A stretch of 64,000 nucleotides of DNA from Candidatus Bilamarchaeaceae archaeon (GTDB lineage Archaea > Micrarchaeota > Micrarchaeia > Anstonellales > Bilamarchaeaceae). The notes under the pieces were generated by a model. The model searched no databases. It was not told where the DNA came from and was given only the letters and a program-made list of their open reading frames with translations. Positions 8,340 through 18,413 of the stretch are shown piece by piece. The first letter of the stretch is position 1; every line of letters starts with the position of its first letter. The DNA is taken from positions 1-64,000 of the forward strand of contig JAVZJR010000001.1 in NCBI GenBank assembly GCA_038870635.1, written 5' to 3'. Both the position numbers and the translations under genes were made by a program.

Positions 8340-8791
8340 TTAACTAAAAGCTCTGCTTGTTCTGCATTATATTTCCAATCAGAAGGAAGAATCCCTTCTT
8401 TCTTCAAGTATTTAGCAAGACGATTTATTTTAGAAATAACATGAAGGTACTTAGTTTTATTATGAATATCTTTTTTTGCATTTTTAAGATGCTTATTCAT
8501 ACGAACTGACCTTTTTATAAGATCCAAGAAATCAGCAGGATACCGCCCATAAAGGTTATTCTTTCTAAGAAAAGTAGTTAAACGAACTCCTAAGATCTGT
8601 CGAACATCTGGCACGGCGTATTCATCTCTTAAAACAATCCCTATTTTAGCAGGATGAACACCCTCTTTAGCCATTTTAGTAATCACTTCGATTATTTCTT
8701 CTTTATTTACTTCTACCCAATCAGGTTTTACCTTTTTTTTGGGCAGCTTTCGGCCCGACTTTCCTTTTTTTCTTGAATGTAATCTTGCCAT
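8336..8791 (-). CDS. rps15: 30S ribosomal protein S15 (uS15)
   Basis: MARLHSRKKGKSG, IGIVLRD, LPSDWKY. Confidence 0.97.
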   Translation of the reverse strand: MARLHSRKKGKSGRKLPKKKVKPDWVEVNKEEIIEVITKMAKEGVHPAKIGIVLRDEYAVPDVRQILGVRLTTFLRKNNLYGRYPADFLDLIKRSVRMNKHLKNAKKDIHNKTKYLHVISKINRLAKYLKKEGILPSDWKYNAEQAELLVK

Positions 8792-9375
8792 TAATTCACC
8801 TCAAGTAATATAATGTTTTTTAGATGTTCTATAAATAACAAAAGAGATTTATATCTATGGGATAGTTTGTTTTTTAATTCTATGTTTTCAGCGAATGTAT
8901 TAGAGTAACCATCTGGAATAAAAATTGGGTCATAACCAAAACCAGAGTGGCCTCTATTTTTTTCAGCTATATGACCAGAACAAACACCTCTAAAAAAAAC
9001 AATTTCTGCGCCATCGAGAGTAAAAGCAATAACTGTCTCAAAGCGTGCACGTCTATTTTTTCCTTCTAAAAGTTTCAGAATACCATCGTTACCTATTTTT
9101 TTCTGCGCCCATGCTGAATATGGACCCGGAAAATCATTAAGTGCTTCTATAAATAAACCAGTATCCTCAACAAAAACTGGCCTTTTTATTTGAGAATAAG
9201 CAGATAGAACGGCTTCTTCCGCAACTTCCATTAAATCATCAGCACGAATCTCTCTATGGATAAAAGTGAAATGATTTAGAATTATTGACTTCTCACAGTG
9301 AATTGAAAAAATATCTTTTGCTTCCTTGAATTTGTTTTCGTTAGATGTTGCAAAGTAAATTTCCATAAATATCAT
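8791..9375 (-). CDS. rdgB: RdgB/HAM1 non-canonical purine NTP pyrophosphatase
   Basis: FATSNENK, EDTGL, GFGYDPIF, SHR motifs. Confidence 0.95.
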   Translation of the reverse strand: MIFMEIYFATSNENKFKEAKDIFSIHCEKSIILNHFTFIHREIRADDLMEVAEEAVLSAYSQIKRPVFVEDTGLFIEALNDFPGPYSAWAQKKIGNDGILKLLEGKNRRARFETVIAFTLDGAEIVFFRGVCSGHIAEKNRGHSGFGYDPIFIPDGYSNTFAENIELKNKLSHRYKSLLLFIEHLKNIILLEVN

Positions 9376-9382
9376 TCGGACA

Positions 9383-11575
9383 TTACTGATCCAAAAAGAA
9401 CTGTGCAGTAGGTGGTTCTGGCTTTTCGCCCTTCCTCTCTCTAATTTGTCGTACTACCTTTCCAACTAATTCCTTAGGCAACGGGTGATAACCTGCATAC
9501 TCTTGATACCAAATGGCTCTACCTTGAGTTACACCTCTTAAATCATTGGCAAAACCAAACATTTCCGCAACCGGCAAAAGAGTTATTATAGTGGCGTTCT
9601 CACCTTCTTGTTGCATATCAACTAACTGCCCTCTCCTTCCATTTGTAAGATTGATGACATTTCCTGCATACTCTTGTAAAGTGTTTATTAAAACTTTTTG
9701 CTTTGGCTCGAGCAAAGAAACACCTGCCATTAACAAAGCCGCATAAATTGCCCTTTTTATAGTAGGTATCATTTGTGCAGGACCACGATGAACATTATCT
9801 TCATGCAAAGTAGCATCAACAAGTTTTACTTTTACGCCAGTCACACGTTCTTTTGCAAGCGGCCCCTGGTCTAATGCCTCCTCAAAACCTTGAATTAAAA
9901 GCTCTTCCACTTCATTTAGATACTGAATACCTTTTGTTGCGTTTATGAATATACTCGCGTTATGTATGTCGTAAACATTTTTAGCTTCTTCACGATCCAT
10001 ACCAAGTGCTACAAGTTGTTCGACAATTTCTTTGCCTTTTGGCCTTCCTTCTTTTATTTCACCATCTAAGATTGCATTTACAATCGCTGGTTCTAAAGGT
10101 TCGACTGTAACTTTTACGCGGTTGTGTTTATTAGGTGATTTTCCTTCTACAGGCGGAGATTTGTTAAATATTGCTTCACGATAAACTACTATTGGCGGAG
10201 AAGTTACTATAGGTATTTTCTTTTCATTTCTTATCTTATATTCAATAATCTCAAGATGTAACTCACCATTTCCACTTATTAGATGTTCACCGGTTTCAGC
10301 AAGTTGCACTTTTAATGTTGGGTCTTCCTTTGATATGCTGCGCAATGCTTCAATAAGTTTTGGAAGATCCTTTTGATCTTTTACATCTATAGATTTTGTA
10401 ATAACAGGTTCTGAGTAGTGTTTTATTTGTTCAAATGGAGCAATCGGCTCTGCGGATATTGTTTCACCAACATAAACGTCCTTAAGACCAACAACTGCAC
10501 CAATGTTACCGGCAGTTACTTTCTCAGCTGGTACTCGATCTGGGCCCATATAAATACCAACCTGCTGAACTTTCGCGTAAGTCTTTTTAGAAGATATGTA
10601 AAGCTCCTGTCCTTTGGTTATCGTACCGGAAAACAAACGAAGAACTGCCACTTCTCCTGCGTGCTCATCATAAACAACACCAAAACAAACACTTACAACT
10701 TTTGAATTAGGATCGCAGTTAAGCATTGCTTTTCCAATCTCGCTGTTTAAATCTCCTTCTTTCCAAAGAATAGGTATACGATATGTTTGAGCAACTTTGG
10801 GTGAAGGAAGATGTGTTATTATCATCTCTAAAAGAACTTCATCTAAAGGACTTCGTTCAACAAGATATTTATGATCACCTTCAATACATTTTTGATACAT
10901 CTCTTTAAATGTTATATTAAACTTTTTCATGGAGTTAACAGATAAAGCCCACTTGTTGAATGCTGTTCCAAATGCAACATTTCCTTTATTCACATCTATT
11001 AGCCATTCTTCTTTTTTGTCAGGGGGCGCATTGGCAGCTATTATCTTATTTACTTGCATTATTATCTTCAAAAATCTTTCTTGCATCTGTTTTGAATCAA
11101 GTTTAAGTTCATTTATGAGACGATCTATCTTATTTATAAAAAGGACTGGCTTTGCTCTTTCCTTAAGAGCCTGACGAAGGTTTGTTTCTGTTTGTGGCAT
11201 AACACCTTCTACTGCATCAACAACAAGACAAATACCATCAACTGCTCTCATAGCCCTTACCACGTGAAAACCAAAATCAACGTGGCCGGGTGTATCAATT
11301 AAATTAATAAGATAATTTTTGCCCTCAAATGTAAAACCCAATGATACATTAGCAGATTTTATTGTGATCCCTCTTGCTTGTTCCTGTTCATCAAAATCTG
11401 TCCATCTTTGCTCACCCGCAAGTTCCTTATTTATTAAGCCTGCGCGCGCGATTAAGCTATCGGTTAGTGTTGATTTTCCATGATCAACATGTGCTACTAT
11501 TGCAACATTTCTAACATTATCTATATTGTCCATCATCTTTTGTACTTCTTCAACTACAACTTCTTTTCTCGCCAT
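9383..11575 (-). CDS. fusA: translation elongation factor aEF-2
   Basis: AHVDHGKS, RGITI, DTPGH, NKID and diphthamide loop HEDNVHRGPAQ. Confidence 0.98.
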   Translation of the reverse strand: MARKEVVVEEVQKMMDNIDNVRNVAIVAHVDHGKSTLTDSLIARAGLINKELAGEQRWTDFDEQEQARGITIKSANVSLGFTFEGKNYLINLIDTPGHVDFGFHVVRAMRAVDGICLVVDAVEGVMPQTETNLRQALKERAKPVLFINKIDRLINELKLDSKQMQERFLKIIMQVNKIIAANAPPDKKEEWLIDVNKGNVAFGTAFNKWALSVNSMKKFNITFKEMYQKCIEGDHKYLVERSPLDEVLLEMIITHLPSPKVAQTYRIPILWKEGDLNSEIGKAMLNCDPNSKVVSVCFGVVYDEHAGEVAVLRLFSGTITKGQELYISSKKTYAKVQQVGIYMGPDRVPAEKVTAGNIGAVVGLKDVYVGETISAEPIAPFEQIKHYSEPVITKSIDVKDQKDLPKLIEALRSISKEDPTLKVQLAETGEHLISGNGELHLEIIEYKIRNEKKIPIVTSPPIVVYREAIFNKSPPVEGKSPNKHNRVKVTVEPLEPAIVNAILDGEIKEGRPKGKEIVEQLVALGMDREEAKNVYDIHNASIFINATKGIQYLNEVEELLIQGFEEALDQGPLAKERVTGVKVKLVDATLHEDNVHRGPAQMIPTIKRAIYAALLMAGVSLLEPKQKVLINTLQEYAGNVINLTNGRRGQLVDMQQEGENATIITLLPVAEMFGFANDLRGVTQGRAIWYQEYAGYHPLPKELVGKVVRQIRERKGEKPEPPTAQFFLDQ

Positions 11576-11600
11576 ATTTCATCCCACCAAAAATAAAAAG

Positions 11601-12215
11601 CTATCTGGCGCTTCTTGCGATGCGCTCAATCTCGTCTTTTTTCTTTATAGCATAACTATTCTGTAAATCACCTTTAGCGGTGTAAATAATTTCATCTGCT
11701 AAAGAGTTTTGAAGTTTTTTCTTTTTACCAAAAGAACCCATCAACGCAGCTAAGGTAATATTTCTTAAAGCCAAATCCAATCTTCTTGTCGCAGAAACAT
11801 CTACTGCAACCTGATAAGTGACCCCACCATAAGAAACACGAGTAACATCTTCGTTAGGTGCGGCGTTTTCTAAAGCACGGATTAGAACTTGTAATGGGTT
11901 TTCTTTTGTTTTTTCTTCTACAATAGCAAAAGCCTCTTCAACAATTCGCATCATTCTTAGTTTTTTTCCTTGTAGTCTACCGTGTGTTCTTATTACCTTT
12001 CCAGAAGTTTTTTCCCCTGTACCTCCTCTTAAAAGTTTATTTATAAGGCGTTCAACAACATTTACACCAATCTTTCCAAAATGCTTCTTTTTATGACGGG
12101 CAGAAGTATGTGGAACGCTGATCGGATTAAGAGAAATCACTTGTGCCAAACTTTTGTCATTTATTACAAGATTATCAAAAGGATATTTACCGAAAAGTTT
12201 ATCCATAAACATCAC
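11601..12215 (-). CDS. rps7: 30S ribosomal protein S7 (uS7)
   Basis: [30 protein letters not shown]. Confidence 0.97.
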   Translation of the reverse strand: MMFMDKLFGKYPFDNLVINDKSLAQVISLNPISVPHTSARHKKKHFGKIGVNVVERLINKLLRGGTGEKTSGKVIRTHGRLQGKKLRMMRIVEEAFAIVEEKTKENPLQVLIRALENAAPNEDVTRVSYGGVTYQVAVDVSATRRLDLALRNITLAALMGSFGKKKKLQNSLADEIIYTAKGDLQNSYAIKKKDEIERIARSAR

Positions 12216-12652
12216 CTCTTAGGCTTCTCCTTCTTACCCTTTCTAAGCATTTGAAGATCAGCATTGTTAACAGCCACTACTTTATACCTCACACCAGGAA
12301 TAGAACCCATCTGCCCTCTTTGAGAACCACCAAGACCTGCTATTATCACTTCATCATGCTCATCTATAAAAGAAATACTCTTATCTCTAACTGCGTGGGC
12401 GCTTACTATCTTCCCATTTTTCACCAATTGCACTTTTACACATTTGACTAACCCTGAGTGCGGCTGCTTTTGTTCAAGCACGATCTTTTCTAAAACGATT
12501 CCCCGTGCTTGCGGTGCACCTTCGAGTGGGTCAAACTTTTCCTTTAAGCGAAGTGTTTTTCTTTTAAAGCGCTTTGACAACCACCTTCTCTTTTTTCTAT
12601 TTCGCAATAGGTTAGTGCCTGCAAATTCCCCATTTTTACCTTTCTTACTCAT
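12212..12652 (-). CDS. rps12: 30S ribosomal protein S12 (uS12)
   Basis: [28 protein letters not shown]. Confidence 0.97.
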   Translation of the reverse strand: MSKKGKNGEFAGTNLLRNRKKRRWLSKRFKRKTLRLKEKFDPLEGAPQARGIVLEKIVLEQKQPHSGLVKCVKVQLVKNGKIVSAHAVRDKSISFIDEHDEVIIAGLGGSQRGQMGSIPGVRYKVVAVNNADLQMLRKGKKEKPKR

Positions 12653-12770
12653 GAATCCACCTTAAGTAAACCAACTTATATGTAAAAGTCGTAGTTTTAT
12701 TTTGTTGCTGGCGAGGATTTATAAATATTGCTTTTTTGATTTAAGCATTATAAAAGTAGATGGTGAAAAA

Positions 12771-13397
12771 ATGGTGAAAAAATTGTTTTTTGTGATAGCA
12801 GTTTTGTTTATGTTATTTTTAACTGGATGTATTCAAATACCTCAACAAAACTCAACAAATTGGAATAACACGGCCTTACAAATGGAAAATTGCAGACTTG
12901 TAGAGCAAGAAATACCTTACACTGAACTTGTTTGCGAAAACCAAACAGAAACACAACAGGAATGCACCATGAGGGAGTTAAGTTACAAAACCGGCAGCAT
13001 ACAAGAATATGACATATGCATGACAGGTAATGGTTGTAGTGGAAAAAACCTAAGCCTATGCCAAAATGTTTGCACACAAGCAAATAAAAGATGTGTAATT
13101 GAAATAACAAATACTGATAAAGTAAATGGAAGATGGACGGTTGGCGCAACTTTTGTACAAGGAAGCGCGGTCTTTGTTAAAAATCCGCAAACGCAAGAGA
13201 TAAAACCTGGAGAAACAAAAAAATTTGATTTTATTCACATCTATAATATAGAAAAGGGAAGATTAACTACTACTACGTGTACCCTGCAAGTTATCTATCC
13301 TGCAACAACAGAAGAATGCAAATCCATAAGCAAACAAGTCGAAGTGTGTAAGGAAGTTAAAAAAACTAAAATAGAAGAAAAAGAAATCTGCGATTAG
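12771..13397 (+). CDS. Cys-rich secreted/lipoprotein-like hypothetical protein
   Basis: Signal peptide ending LTGC, many Cys; ATG 12771 after GGTGA. Confidence 0.75.
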   Translation: MVKKLFFVIAVLFMLFLTGCIQIPQQNSTNWNNTALQMENCRLVEQEIPYTELVCENQTETQQECTMRELSYKTGSIQEYDICMTGNGCSGKNLSLCQNVCTQANKRCVIEITNTDKVNGRWTVGATFVQGSAVFVKNPQTQEIKPGETKKFDFIHIYNIEKGRLTTTTCTLQVIYPATTEECKSISKQVEVCKEVKKTKIEEKEICD

Positions 13398-13406
13398 GGT
13401 TAAAGA

Positions 13407-14558
13407 ATGGAAGATAAACACCTCGTAGTTGTCCATTACTCTGAAATCGCTCTAAAAGGGCAAAACAGGGTTATTTTTGAGAAGGCACTACTAAACAACA
13501 TATTAAAAAAAATTAATGGCATACCTTACGAAAAAATAGAAAAAAAAGCGACCAGATTTTTCATAAGATTAAAAGAAAAAGATGATGCGGATTTAGTATG
13601 CGAAAAGTTAAGAAAAGTATTTGGAGTTAAGTGGTTCTCACCCGCGATTTCTGTAGAAAAAGAAATCAATAAAATAGAAAACGAAGTCAAAAAGATAGCA
13701 GAGCAATACAAAAACAAAAAAATCAAAATAGAAACTAAAAGAGTAGATAAAAAATTCCCCCTCACTTCTTTAGAGATAAGTAAAAGAGTAGCTAAAACAC
13801 TCGAAAAGAATGGTTTTTACACCGAGCTAAAAAATCCAGATGTAAAAATAATAATAGAAATACTAGAAAATGAAGCCATAATAGCATACAAAAAAATAGA
13901 AGGAGAAGGCGGGCTTCCAGTCGGAACTACCGGCAAAGTGCTCTGTCTTTTTTCAGGAGGCATAGATTCACCAGTAGCAGCCTGGCTTATGATGAGGAGA
14001 GGTTGCCATGTTGATCTTTTACATATTCATACTATGCCAAATGATGAGAAGATAAAAGATAGCAAAATAAACAAAATAAGAAATGTATTAGAAGAATATT
14101 CAAATGAGAAGATTTTACTATATCTTGCACCTTATGATGAATTTTACGCTACTTCATCTGTTTTTCCTCAAAAAGAAGAAGCAGTTATGTTTAGGAGATT
14201 TATAGTTATGCTTGCTAACAAAATAGCAGATAGAGATGGATATCTTGGCCTAGTGATGGGAGATAATTTAGCACAAGTAGCATCACAGACCTTGAATAAT
14301 ATTGCTGTGGTAGATGAGGTTTCAAAAATTCCAATTTACCGCCCTCTCCTCACCATGAGCAAAGAAGAAATAATAAAATTAGCACAAAAAATAGGAACTT
14401 ATGAACTATCAATCGAGAAATATAAAGATTGCTGCTCTCTCGTTGCACATAAACATCCGGCAACACGAGCAAATAAAAAAATAATAGAAGAAGCAGAAAA
14501 AAAAGCTAGGATGGAAGTAATAGTAGAAAAAACATTAGAAAAATTATCTAAGATTTAA
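13407..14558 (+). CDS. thiI: tRNA 4-thiouridine synthase ThiI (THUMP + PP-loop)
   Basis: YSEIALKGQNR, GGLPVGT, SGGIDS, QVASQT. Confidence 0.95.
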   Translation: MEDKHLVVVHYSEIALKGQNRVIFEKALLNNILKKINGIPYEKIEKKATRFFIRLKEKDDADLVCEKLRKVFGVKWFSPAISVEKEINKIENEVKKIAEQYKNKKIKIETKRVDKKFPLTSLEISKRVAKTLEKNGFYTELKNPDVKIIIEILENEAIIAYKKIEGEGGLPVGTTGKVLCLFSGGIDSPVAAWLMMRRGCHVDLLHIHTMPNDEKIKDSKINKIRNVLEEYSNEKILLYLAPYDEFYATSSVFPQKEEAVMFRRFIVMLANKIADRDGYLGLVMGDNLAQVASQTLNNIAVVDEVSKIPIYRPLLTMSKEEIIKLAQKIGTYELSIEKYKDCCSLVAHKHPATRANKKIIEEAEKKARMEVIVEKTLEKLSKI

Positions 14559-15539
14559 TTATCTCTCTAATACCCAAGAACATTGATCATAACTTTGCCA
14601 AAAACCAGAGAGAAAAAGCTTCAGATAACCAAGATAAGGAATACGAGCGATTACTTTTCCTTTTACATCATTTGAGGACGGAGGGCGATTTCCGATCCCT
14701 GTTGTCTTATCATATATTTGACTGTCTAAAACAGGATTATTATCCCCTGCAGTGAGGTAATAAACTTCATCATCAACAATTATCTTTGCAACACTTCTAT
14801 GAACGATATCTCCCACCGCCCCGTAAAAATCAGTTCTGCGGGGGGTGTAAACAATTATATCATTTTTCTTGTTTGGCACTTTTAGGCGCTTACCCTTTAT
14901 ATCGATGTAGTCGATGCATCGCATAGACGCTTTTATGTGAGAACCGATATAATTGACATTACATAACTTATAATGATATGTAGCAGGCCCTGCAACCTCT
15001 ATAAATTCATCATTCGTCATAAAATAAAGATTACAAATTTTCTCATTTGGGTTGTAATAACAATAATTGTTGAATGGTTTGCTAAAAGTATAGTTTTGTC
15101 CCTTGTATGAAACAATAAAAGGACCATTTACTAATTGCTCAAACTCATTCTTTGTCAAGTGCACTTCTGGTGCGTTGATATCCGCCCCTTGAACTATAAC
15201 AAAATCTCCACGTTGTAAATCATTAAGCATACTACATGAAACAACTGCTGAGATAGGGGAATGTGTATTTAAGATCCATTGGGCACCAAACCACAGCAAT
15301 AAGGCGAGTATTATACCTATTACTGTATCAAGAATCTCCTTTTTCCAACCGTGCTTTTTTGCTCCCTCACTAACCTCAAGACCAACAAAAAAAATCATTT
15401 CTAAAAATATAACCAAACCAGCGACAACGTCAAGCCATGCAGCAGTTGGTAAAAAAAATTTTAACACTACATATGTAAAAAGAGAAAGAAGTATAATAAT
15501 TAAACCAATATTTTTTTTTACTTCCTCTTCGATTTTCAT
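14559..15539 (-). CDS. signal peptidase I (S26B/Sec11-like) with large insertion
   Basis: VVSCSM (catalytic Ser), IVHR, TAGDNN..D, GKV...IPYLG; N-terminal TMs. Confidence 0.85.
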   Translation of the reverse strand: MKIEEEVKKNIGLIIILLSLFTYVVLKFFLPTAAWLDVVAGLVIFLEMIFFVGLEVSEGAKKHGWKKEILDTVIGIILALLLWFGAQWILNTHSPISAVVSCSMLNDLQRGDFVIVQGADINAPEVHLTKNEFEQLVNGPFIVSYKGQNYTFSKPFNNYCYYNPNEKICNLYFMTNDEFIEVAGPATYHYKLCNVNYIGSHIKASMRCIDYIDIKGKRLKVPNKKNDIIVYTPRRTDFYGAVGDIVHRSVAKIIVDDEVYYLTAGDNNPVLDSQIYDKTTGIGNRPPSSNDVKGKVIARIPYLGYLKLFLSGFWQSYDQCSWVLER

Positions 15540-15558
15540 TTTAATCAGATTTTAAAAA

Positions 15559-15834
15559 TTATTTAATAAGTTGTTGAAATTTTTTCTTAAATTCATCAGT
15601 TTCTTCTTCTATTTCTTCAAGAGCCTTAATAGTAACATCTGCAGCGGAAACCCCTTTTGTTTTTACTATTATTTTTTGACCTCCTATTAAAGGATGCTCT
15701 CTTTTGGTAGCGGCAAATTCAACACCGTTCTTTGAATTAAGCTTTTCAACTAGATAGTAAATCAAAGAAGCGTCAATATCTGTAATTTCCATTTCTATGT
15801 GATTTTTTTCTTTAACCAAAAACTTAACTGCCAT
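15559..15834 (-). CDS. rpoL: DNA-directed RNA polymerase subunit L (Rpo11)
   Basis: VEFAA..EHPL motif, 91 aa. Confidence 0.85.
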   Translation of the reverse strand: MAVKFLVKEKNHIEMEITDIDASLIYYLVEKLNSKNGVEFAATKREHPLIGGQKIIVKTKGVSAADVTIKALEEIEEETDEFKKKFQQLIK

Positions 15835-15888
15835 TATAAATCACCTTGCGAGTACTTTTTCTTAATAACATAATTATTAAAAATACCT

Positions 15889-15918
15889 TGCTTACGTTCA
15901 GGGTGCTTACGTTCAGGG
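15889..15918. repeat. 15-bp perfect tandem duplication (tgcttacgttcaggg x2)
   Basis: Seen directly; second copy overlaps the stop codon of the ERCC4 gene. Confidence 0.9.
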
Positions 15919-16581
15919 ATCGTCTTTTGGGTTGTATTCGTAATCAATTAAAGAACGAATAATTTTTGCTCTTTTTTCACCTAATTTTTCAACTTTTTTT
16001 AGCTCTTCTTCACTAGCATTTATAACAGCGCGAACAGAACCAAAATGAGACAAAAGAGTGCGTGCGAGTTTTGGCCCAACCATCGGTAAAGATTCTATAA
16101 CTGCTCTTTGATTTTGTGAGGGAGTGAGGCTTTTTCTTTTGGCAAAAATACGAAGGGACAAAGGCTTTGCCAATTGAGCGTGCTTTGCAAGATGAAAAAT
16201 TATATTTGCGCTTTCATTCAAATCTTTTGAAAAAAACAATGGAACACCGAAATCAGAAAGCACTGCCGCATACGCACCCATTACTGCTTCTTTTCTGATT
16301 ATACCAGCATCGCTTTCTCCTTCAATTAAAAGAACAGGATGGGAAAAATTTTCAACTAAATTTTTTAATTGTGTGAAGAGCCTGCCATCGATTATAGAAA
16401 CTTCAAAGTCTTCTCTAGTTTTTCTCTCTATTGCAATGTTTTCAGAACACAAAAAATCGCCAACTTCAAGTTGTTTTATCTCTACCTCGGCCCCAAACAT
16501 ATTTAAGATATTAACAAAATCTGGAGGCTCTCTTCTGTCAATTACTATTTTAGGTTTCTTTATCTCACTCAACTTACCCAC
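15913..16581 (-). CDS. ERCC4/XPF-family nuclease with HhH2 domain (short form)
   Basis: IDRRE, GDF, IERKT..D..SIIDGRL, tandem HhH. Confidence 0.92.
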   Translation of the reverse strand: MGKLSEIKKPKIVIDRREPPDFVNILNMFGAEVEIKQLEVGDFLCSENIAIERKTREDFEVSIIDGRLFTQLKNLVENFSHPVLLIEGESDAGIIRKEAVMGAYAAVLSDFGVPLFFSKDLNESANIIFHLAKHAQLAKPLSLRIFAKRKSLTPSQNQRAVIESLPMVGPKLARTLLSHFGSVRAVINASEEELKKVEKLGEKRAKIIRSLIDYEYNPKDDP

Positions 16582-17255
16582 CGAACATAAGAGAGAATTT
16601 CATCAAAGCTAATACTGCAACCATTAAATCTAAATGAGTATAAAGTTGCTTCGAGCATTTCCTTTTCAAGGTCACCATACTTGCTAAAAAATCCATTTTC
16701 ATAACCAAGAATAAGCAATTCACTACTACGAAAAGCATTAAGACCGCGAGTATATTTAGAAAAATCCTCCATGTTAGTCTTATTAACCATTATATTGACT
16801 TTTAGTTCATCTTCCATGTGCTCCTTTAGTCTAAATGGTGCTTCTATAAGCATTCTAGTGGTTCGCTCGTCAAGAACTATGCTTTCTGCACCTATTTCTT
16901 TAGCAAGAGCTATCATTTCTGTTTCACCCACGTCAACTAAATGAAGTGGTTTCCCTCTCGCATAAAAAAGATTATTGCCAACATTTAAGAGGTGGTCTCG
17001 AACATGAGTTAACTCATCAACGCGCATAATAACGATAACTTTATCTTCAATAGCTTTTTTTATCTTGAGAGCAGATTGCATATATTTTTTTATTCCCTTT
17101 CTCAACGGATACAAGACAACTTCTTCCTCTACGCTCGGTGGAATAACAAAGGTGATATTAAATTTATTTTTATAAAAATAAAGCAAATCAGAAGCACAGG
17201 ATGCGGTAAGAGTTATCAAAGACCCAGAATCACAAACCACATATCTTTCTTTCAT
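16569..17255 (-). CDS. PIN-like domain protein
   Basis: VVCDSGSLI, IPPSVEEE, VDVGETEMIALA, VLDER acidic motifs. Confidence 0.65.
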   Translation of the reverse strand: MKERYVVCDSGSLITLTASCASDLLYFYKNKFNITFVIPPSVEEEVVLYPLRKGIKKYMQSALKIKKAIEDKVIVIMRVDELTHVRDHLLNVGNNLFYARGKPLHLVDVGETEMIALAKEIGAESIVLDERTTRMLIEAPFRLKEHMEDELKVNIMVNKTNMEDFSKYTRGLNAFRSSELLILGYENGFFSKYGDLEKEMLEATLYSFRFNGCSISFDEILSYVRWVS

Positions 17256-17265
17256 AATATCGCTC

Positions 17266-17811
17266 CTACTCTAAAAGTTTTCTAACTTTCTTTACTCTTT
17301 CACGAATGTCGACCTCTTCTTTTAATCTATCGAACATCATGCTGTCGCCCGCATACTTTTGGATTTCTTGTTGACCAACTCCACTAATTTCAGCAGCCAA
17401 ACCAAGCGACACACCTTTAGCATAAAGTGTGGCCGCACACTTAACTCTTCCTTTGGTTAAAAGTCCTAAAAAGAAACGTTTGTCTTGTGCTTCCATACTA
17501 TTTACTATGACCTCAATTTTACGAAGCAACTCCAAAAATTCCTCATCTGTTTTTTTGCCGACACCACTTTCTATTTGTTTTAGGATGCCTTCTATCTTAA
17601 CTAATTCTTTTTCATATTTATCTGTTAAAAAACGCGGCTTAGAGATTATTTTCGAGAGAACATAAGTAATAACGCTAAACTCAAAAAAAAGTTTGCTACT
17701 TCGCATGATGCTTTCTGATAAAAAATCATCCTGTATTTTTCTTAATTTTTTCTCATTTCTTTTCTTGAAATTATTATAAAGTCCGGCTACAAGCTCGTGA
17801 AAAACCACCAA
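17266..17811 (-). CDS. conserved hypothetical protein with C-terminal UPF0175-like HTH
   Basis: LYAKGVSLGLAAEISGV; paired with the PIN-like gene. Confidence 0.6.
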   Translation of the reverse strand: MVVFHELVAGLYNNFKKRNEKKLRKIQDDFLSESIMRSSKLFFEFSVITYVLSKIISKPRFLTDKYEKELVKIEGILKQIESGVGKKTDEEFLELLRKIEVIVNSMEAQDKRFFLGLLTKGRVKCAATLYAKGVSLGLAAEISGVGQQEIQKYAGDSMMFDRLKEEVDIRERVKKVRKLLE

Positions 17812-17856
17812 ACCACAACCGATTAAACGTCGATAAAAATAATGATAAACGATATA

Positions 17857-17917
17857 TTTATAAATATTATCATGATATTATCATGACAGTTGCGTGATCT
17901 TAGCGCAACGTTGTCAT
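17857..17917 (+). promoter_or_regulatory. TATA box, tandem 11-bp operator-like repeat and 5' leader hairpin
   Basis: TTTATAAA 17857-17864; tattatcatga x2 17865-17886; stem atgaca-gttgcg/cgcaac-tgtcat 17883-17917. Confidence 0.5.
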
Positions 17918-17954
17918 TGCAGTGGAGCGAAATCCCATGTAGAGGTGATCATTT

Positions 17955-18398
17955 ATGGATGATAATAACAAAGATAAAATATATAAATCTAACGCACACG
18001 CAAGCAACAACAGTGGCATAAACTACGAAATAGAACGAGATATACAAGCAAACCTTGACAAGTTTCGAGACCCTATAATTTTAGGAGAACTTGTTTACAA
18101 GCTCCTAGAGGAACGAGAAAACACAAACAGAATATTAAAAAACTTACTTGCAAAAATTGAAGCCCTAGAACAAAAATTAGAAAGCAAAGAGATAAACGAA
18201 GAGGAACTACTTGTGCCAGAGATAGATGAAAAAATAATAGAATTCGTAAAGCAAAGGCAAAGAGTAACGGCCGAGGATGTTAGAGTACAATTTGGCTATA
18301 AAGGTAAAAACGCTGCATCATCGAGGCTTAATCGATTGTGCGATATGGGTATATTAAAAAAGAAACAAGTCGGGAAGAAAGTTTTTTTCTTCCTTTGA
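17955..18398 (+). CDS. coiled-coil plus winged-helix DNA-binding protein
   Basis: C-terminal wHTH pattern (DEKIIEFV...AASSRLNRL...GILKKKQVGKKVFF); GAGGTGA RBS. Confidence 0.8.
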   Translation: MDDNNKDKIYKSNAHASNNSGINYEIERDIQANLDKFRDPIILGELVYKLLEERENTNRILKNLLAKIEALEQKLESKEINEEELLVPEIDEKIIEFVKQRQRVTAEDVRVQFGYKGKNAASSRLNRLCDMGILKKKQVGKKVFFFL

Positions 18399-18413
18399 AT
18401 TTTTTGCTTATTA

